A stretch of DNA of 41,515 bases from an uncultured Erysipelotrichaceae bacterium (GTDB taxonomy: Bacteria; Bacillota_I; Bacilli_A; Erysipelotrichales; Erysipelotrichaceae). Both the position numbers and the translations under genes were made by a program. The stretch spans positions 1 through 41,515 of the forward strand of contig CADBUH010000106.1 of NCBI GenBank assembly GCA_902797775.1. Reading direction: 5' to 3'. The notes beneath the pieces were generated by a model. That model saw only the letters and a list, made by a program, of their open reading frames with translations, made no database searches and was not told the DNA's origin. Below are positions 37,693-41,515 of the stretch, piece by piece (position 1 is the stretch's first letter; each line of letters opens with the position of its first letter).

Positions 37693-38931
37693 ATGTTAGA
37701 GAGAACAATAATTAAACAAATAAAAGAATCAATCAAACATTTCCCTGTAACCATTTTAAGTGGCCCAAGACAAGTTGGTAAATCAACCCTTCTTTATCAA
37801 AATATGATGAAAGAAGGATATAGTTACATAACTTTAGATGATCGAACAGATCGTATGAATGCGATGAATGATCCAAAAAGCTTCCTAGAAAGTTTATCTT
37901 ATCCTGTTATTATTGATGAATGCCAAAGAGCTAAGGAATTATTTATAGAGATTGAGGCGATTGTTAATAAGATACGATTAGAGAAGGGTAGTAAAGATGC
38001 TAATGGAATGTTCATATTATCTGGATCTAGTTCAAAAGCACTATTAGAAAATGCAAAAGAAACAATGGCAGGAAGATGCAATATTTTAAGAATGAATCCA
38101 TTGTCAATGAGAGAAATATTAAGTTTAGAAGAAAAGCCTTTTGAAGTTGATAAGAAAGAATCTGTAAAAAGATCGCAAGATTACACATTAAGTGATCAAC
38201 AATTACTTGAGTATATTATCAAGGGATGTATGCCACAGTTTTATGATGACCCAGATACTCCTAGAAACCAGTATTTTTCTTCTTATATAGAAACATATAT
38301 TAACAAAGATTTACCAGAAGCATTAGAAGTAAGAAATGAAAAGCAATTTAATGATTTTTTAACTCTGATTGCATCCAATACAGGACAAGAGTTAATCTAT
38401 GACAATTATGCAAAACAAATAGGTGTAAAATCTCCAACTGTTAAACAATGGGTATCTGCATTAGAAAAAACAGGATTAATATGGTTAGCAAAATCATATA
38501 ACGAACAATCCCTTGTAAAACAAATTGTTAAAAGACCTAAAATCTATTTCTTTGATACTGGAATCGCAAGCTATTTAAGTGGTATCCATGATGTACAAAC
38601 ATTAGAACACAGTTTTCTAAGAGGGCGCTTCATAGAAACCTGGATAGCGAATGAGATAAGAAAATCTTATACAAACTTTGGCTTAGATCAAACAATCAAT
38701 TACTATAGGGATAGTTATCAAAATGAGGTTGATTTGGTAATACTAAAAGATGGCAGATTAATGCTTATTGAGTGTAAAAGTGGGAAGGATTATGACGCAA
38801 AAGATATAAGTGCTTTTTCAGCGTTAGATAATACGAAATACAATAAAGGAACAAACGCAATTTTATGTACTACAAATAAAGCCTATAGTATTAGTGAAGA
38901 AGCGATTGTTTTACCAATAAGTGCGATATAG
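37693..38931 (+). CDS. AAA_14 ATPase with DUF4143 and C-terminal PD-(D/E)XK-like domain
   Basis: Walker A GPRQVGKST, IIDECQ, LSGSS, PKIYFFDTG and EVDLV...IECK motifs. Confidence 0.85.
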   Translation: MLERTIIKQIKESIKHFPVTILSGPRQVGKSTLLYQNMMKEGYSYITLDDRTDRMNAMNDPKSFLESLSYPVIIDECQRAKELFIEIEAIVNKIRLEKGSKDANGMFILSGSSSKALLENAKETMAGRCNILRMNPLSMREILSLEEKPFEVDKKESVKRSQDYTLSDQQLLEYIIKGCMPQFYDDPDTPRNQYFSSYIETYINKDLPEALEVRNEKQFNDFLTLIASNTGQELIYDNYAKQIGVKSPTVKQWVSALEKTGLIWLAKSYNEQSLVKQIVKRPKIYFFDTGIASYLSGIHDVQTLEHSFLRGRFIETWIANEIRKSYTNFGLDQTINYYRDSYQNEVDLVILKDGRLMLIECKSGKDYDAKDISAFSALDNTKYNKGTNAILCTTNKAYSISEEAIVLPISAI

Positions 38932-39032
38932 ATACGCAATTTGTGGGAGGAAGGATAGCACTTTACAATGCAAAAGTGTTTGAAATTCTAGAATCTTTTA
39001 ATACATTGTCAAATTCATGTGTGTGAACTAAA

Positions 39033-40028
39033 ATGATTGGTATGAGTTACAAAACAATTAATGGATTAATGAAACATTTACGTGGAAACAGCATTTCTAT
39101 TTCTGGAAGTAAACAGAAAAAACATTTAACAAACTATGGCTATTTTCATGGATATAAAGGATATAGATTTTTTAAAAATGAAAAGAATAGAATTCCGTAT
39201 ACAGAGTATCGCGAAATAATGGCAACAATAGACTATGATACAAAAATTAAGGCGCTTTTTTATTCGAGAATAATGTTTATTGAAACAGCAATAAAAAATA
39301 TCACAATTGAATCTCTTTTAAGGCATGCAAACACAGAAGAAATTAACGGTGTTGTTGAAAAATGCATCATGAGTTATAAAAATTGTGATCAGCACTCAAC
39401 TATTGCTGAGCGTAAGAAATATGAAAAGAACAAATTAACTTTACAGAGAAATATTCAAAGATACCTTGAACGTGAATACAAAAATGATAACCATAAAATT
39501 TCTCATTATTACAATAATTATTCGGGCCACTCAAATGGCGTCCCAATCTGGGCGCTAATAGAAGTAATGACACTTGGCGATTTCGGGCATTTCCTGTCAT
39601 GTCTAAAGCACGAGGTACGAGAAGATATTTCGAATAAATTATCTATTCCTGTAAATGTAGATAGTTATAGAAATCTAATTTATAAATACGTCTTTTTTCT
39701 AAAAGATTTACGCAATGCAATCGCACATAATGATGTTGTTTTTGATACAAGATTTTGTACAAGTAAACCAAATAGGGGAATGTGTCTATGTGTGGAAAAT
39801 GAATTGAATATTCCAAATATCCAGTATAAATCGATAGTAGATTTTGTTGCGCTTATATGTTATTTCTTATATAGTTTCGATGTGCCTAAAAGTGAGATCA
39901 GAAGTTTTATAAACTTGTTCGAAAAATACACTAACGACTATTATAATAGTGTAGACAAAAAGGTATCAATTAGAGTCATTAATCCAAATACAGCAAAAAA
40001 AATTAATGCATTAAAGGCAAGGTTTTAA
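39033..40028 (+). CDS. Abi-family (Abi_2, AbiD/AbiF-like) HEPN protein
   Basis: GYFHGYKGY, FIETAIK, VPIWALIEVMTLGDF and the HEPN motif LRNAIAHN. Start may be 39042. Confidence 0.82.
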   Translation: MIGMSYKTINGLMKHLRGNSISISGSKQKKHLTNYGYFHGYKGYRFFKNEKNRIPYTEYREIMATIDYDTKIKALFYSRIMFIETAIKNITIESLLRHANTEEINGVVEKCIMSYKNCDQHSTIAERKKYEKNKLTLQRNIQRYLEREYKNDNHKISHYYNNYSGHSNGVPIWALIEVMTLGDFGHFLSCLKHEVREDISNKLSIPVNVDSYRNLIYKYVFFLKDLRNAIAHNDVVFDTRFCTSKPNRGMCLCVENELNIPNIQYKSIVDFVALICYFLYSFDVPKSEIRSFINLFEKYTNDYYNSVDKKVSIRVINPNTAKKINALKARF

Positions 40029-40047
40029 ACAAATCTTGGTTTAAATA

Positions 40048-40078
40048 TTGAATAAAAAAATATCTGTGCTAATATAAT
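40048..40078 (+). promoter_or_regulatory. Putative promoter downstream of the abi gene
   Basis: TTGAAT (40048) with TG-C-TAATAT (40067-40075) and overlapping TATAAT (40073-40078). Confidence 0.5.
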
Positions 40079-40081
40079 GAA

Positions 40082-40145
40082 TGTAAATTGCGATATGTGT
40101 TTACGGATGCATATCTGGGAGTTGGGTGTTCCTGACTCCTTTTTT
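40082..40145 (+). ncRNA. Candidate small RNA (possible Abi RNA antitoxin): UACG-capped hairpin plus terminator hairpin
   Basis: GATATGTGTT-TACG-GATGCATATC (40092-40115), then GGAGTTGGG-TGTT-CCTGACTCC-TTTTTT (40118-40145). Confidence 0.5.
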
Positions 40146-40221
40146 CTCGCCTATACCTACGATAGATAGATATTTCCCTTTACAGTAAGTAGGAGAACGT
40201 GATATATTTTTATTAGGAAAT

Positions 40222-40237
40222 GAGTAAACGATTACTC
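40222..40237. promoter_or_regulatory. LacI-type operator O3 (same motif as the rbs-like operon)
   Basis: GAGTAAACGATTACTC, 15/16 identical to 26167-26182. Confidence 0.78.
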
Positions 40238-40266
40238 AAACGGTGTACAAAAAGGAGGAGATTATA

Positions 40267-41106
40267 ATGAGAGTAGGTTATACTGGCTGGACTTGGATTT
40301 CAAATGAATATGATGATTGGAATCCTATTAATGAAAGGCATAAAGAAAATTTCAAACAATTCTTACGTGAAGTATCTGATTTAGGTTATGAAACAGTAGA
40401 AAATTTTAACTGGATTGCAGATTATTACAAAGATGATATAGAAGGGTTTAAAAATGTAGTTGCAAAATATAATTTAAAGTTTGAAAACCTTTATTTCTAT
40501 TTTAGTGATAATCCTGAAAAAGATTACGAAGAAGCTTTAAGATATCTTGAATTTATGAAAGCAGTAGATGCACATTTCATGAATATGCAAGGTGTAATGT
40601 GGAAGGATCAACCATTTGAACGTCCTACAGATGAAAAGACAATTTTAGCTTATGCTGAATTATCAAATAAGATTGGTAAAGCTTGTAAGGAAGCTGGAGT
40701 AAAGGCTTGTATGCATCCTCATGCAAACACACCTTTATTTAAGAAAGACCAAATTGATCTCTTTATGCAGAATACAGATCCTGAATATGTATTCCTTTGC
40801 ATGGATACTGCACATACAACATTAGCAGGAATTGATGCAGTTGCATTCGCAAAAGAATATGGAAAGAGAATTGGTTATATGCATCTTAAAGATCTTGATC
40901 CAGATGAAACATTAAATCCTGAATGGCCAATGAAGAGATTCCGTCCATTAGGATATGGTTGTATCAATTTTAAAGGTATTGTAGAAGCTTTAAAAGAAAA
41001 TGGTTATGATGGTATTCTCTGTGTTGAATTAGACTATCAACCAGTATGCAACTATCGTTCTGCACAAATTAGCCGTAATTATATTCATAATGTATTAGGC
41101 TTATAA
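40267..41106 (+). CDS. Sugar-phosphate isomerase/epimerase, IolE-like TIM barrel (AP_endonuc_2)
   Basis: MHPH, DTAH, YMHLKD, PLGYGCINF and VELD motifs. ATG 40267 follows AAGGAGG. Confidence 0.82.
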   Translation: MRVGYTGWTWISNEYDDWNPINERHKENFKQFLREVSDLGYETVENFNWIADYYKDDIEGFKNVVAKYNLKFENLYFYFSDNPEKDYEEALRYLEFMKAVDAHFMNMQGVMWKDQPFERPTDEKTILAYAELSNKIGKACKEAGVKACMHPHANTPLFKKDQIDLFMQNTDPEYVFLCMDTAHTTLAGIDAVAFAKEYGKRIGYMHLKDLDPDETLNPEWPMKRFRPLGYGCINFKGIVEALKENGYDGILCVELDYQPVCNYRSAQISRNYIHNVLGL

Positions 41107-41130
41107 AGCGAAAATATAAATAATTAACAT

Positions 41131-41178
41131 TAAATGAACAAGTGCAAATTCTATTAAAAATTGCACTTGTTTTATTTA
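41131..41178 (+). terminator. Terminator after the isomerase gene
   Basis: AACAAGTGCAA...TTGCACTTGTT followed by TTATTTA. Confidence 0.7.
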
Positions 41179-41200
41179 TAATGCTTCTACAGGTGCAATT

Positions 41201-41515
41201 ATGACAAAAAGCTTAAAGAAATCATTTTATCAAGTATCGGAAAATGTATTTAAGAAACAATTGAGGAGTATAAAGGAAAATCCTAATGCGATTAATCAAA
41301 ATAAAACAAAGTATTATAAAGCACTACGCGACGCTAGAGACCTCCATGAATTTGGGCGTCTTAATCAATATATGATTGATTTTTCAAACCTATTACATAC
41401 AGGGTTTCAAAGTAAGATTCAGAAATTAGAAAAGAAGAAAAAAGATATGAATGCGTATTATGAGAAATCTTATACATTCACAAAAGCAGAAAGAGAAGTT
41501 TATCGACTATTAGTA
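41201..41515 (+). CDS. Hypothetical protein, 5' part (runs off the window)
   Basis: Hand translation: open frame of 105 codons from ATG 41201 (MTKSLKKSFY...FTKAEREVYRLLV) with AGGTG upstream. Confidence 0.55.
   Translation, partial: MTKSLKKSFYQVSENVFKKQLRSIKENPNAINQNKTKYYKALRDARDLHEFGRLNQYMIDFSNLLHTGFQSKIQKLEKKKKDMNAYYEKSYTFTKAEREVYRLLV

Noticed and set aside
38932-39032. Weak inverted repeat (GCACTTT...AAAGTGT) upstream of abi as an alternative ncRNA
   Set aside because: Short stem with no clear promoter or terminator; much weaker than the downstream candidate, though not excluded without covariation analysis.
3172-39600. Numerous 60-105 aa ORFs antisense or out of frame within long genes
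   Set aside because: All lie inside well-supported CDSs and show no motifs; typical shadow ORFs.

Overview
Low-GC Firmicute chromosomal segment; an Erysipelotrichaceae-like origin is inferred from gene content and style. The left part is a core origin-proximal operon: yybS-gdpP-rplI-dnaB, then a LysM/G5/M23 peptidase, yycJ, an htrA-like gene and rlmH. A ~0.9 kb integrase-less cassette sits at the rlmH 3' end. It carries an RHH-like/MNT antitoxin and a HEPN toxin, a perfect 24-bp palindrome, and is bounded by 40-bp direct repeats of the rlmH terminus. Next come ptsH, pgm, an intact ISL3 inserted in the loop of the pgm terminator, glgB-glgP-pullulanase, a DUF885 protein, a degenerate hydrolase lipoprotein, ung and folC. 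The right part is a LacI-controlled ribose-like catabolic locus: rbsK, rbsD, an ABC transporter, two tandem ThuA-like paralogs, a Zn-dehydrogenase, an AKR-like protein and an MFS transporter. Its operator recurs in front of a distal TIM-barrel isomerase/dehydratase gene. Between the two lies a block with an orphan divergent groEL, an AAA-DUF4143 ATPase and an Abi (AbiD/AbiF-like HEPN) gene followed by a candidate ~65-nt structured RNA with its own promoter. No tRNA, rRNA or CRISPR array was seen.
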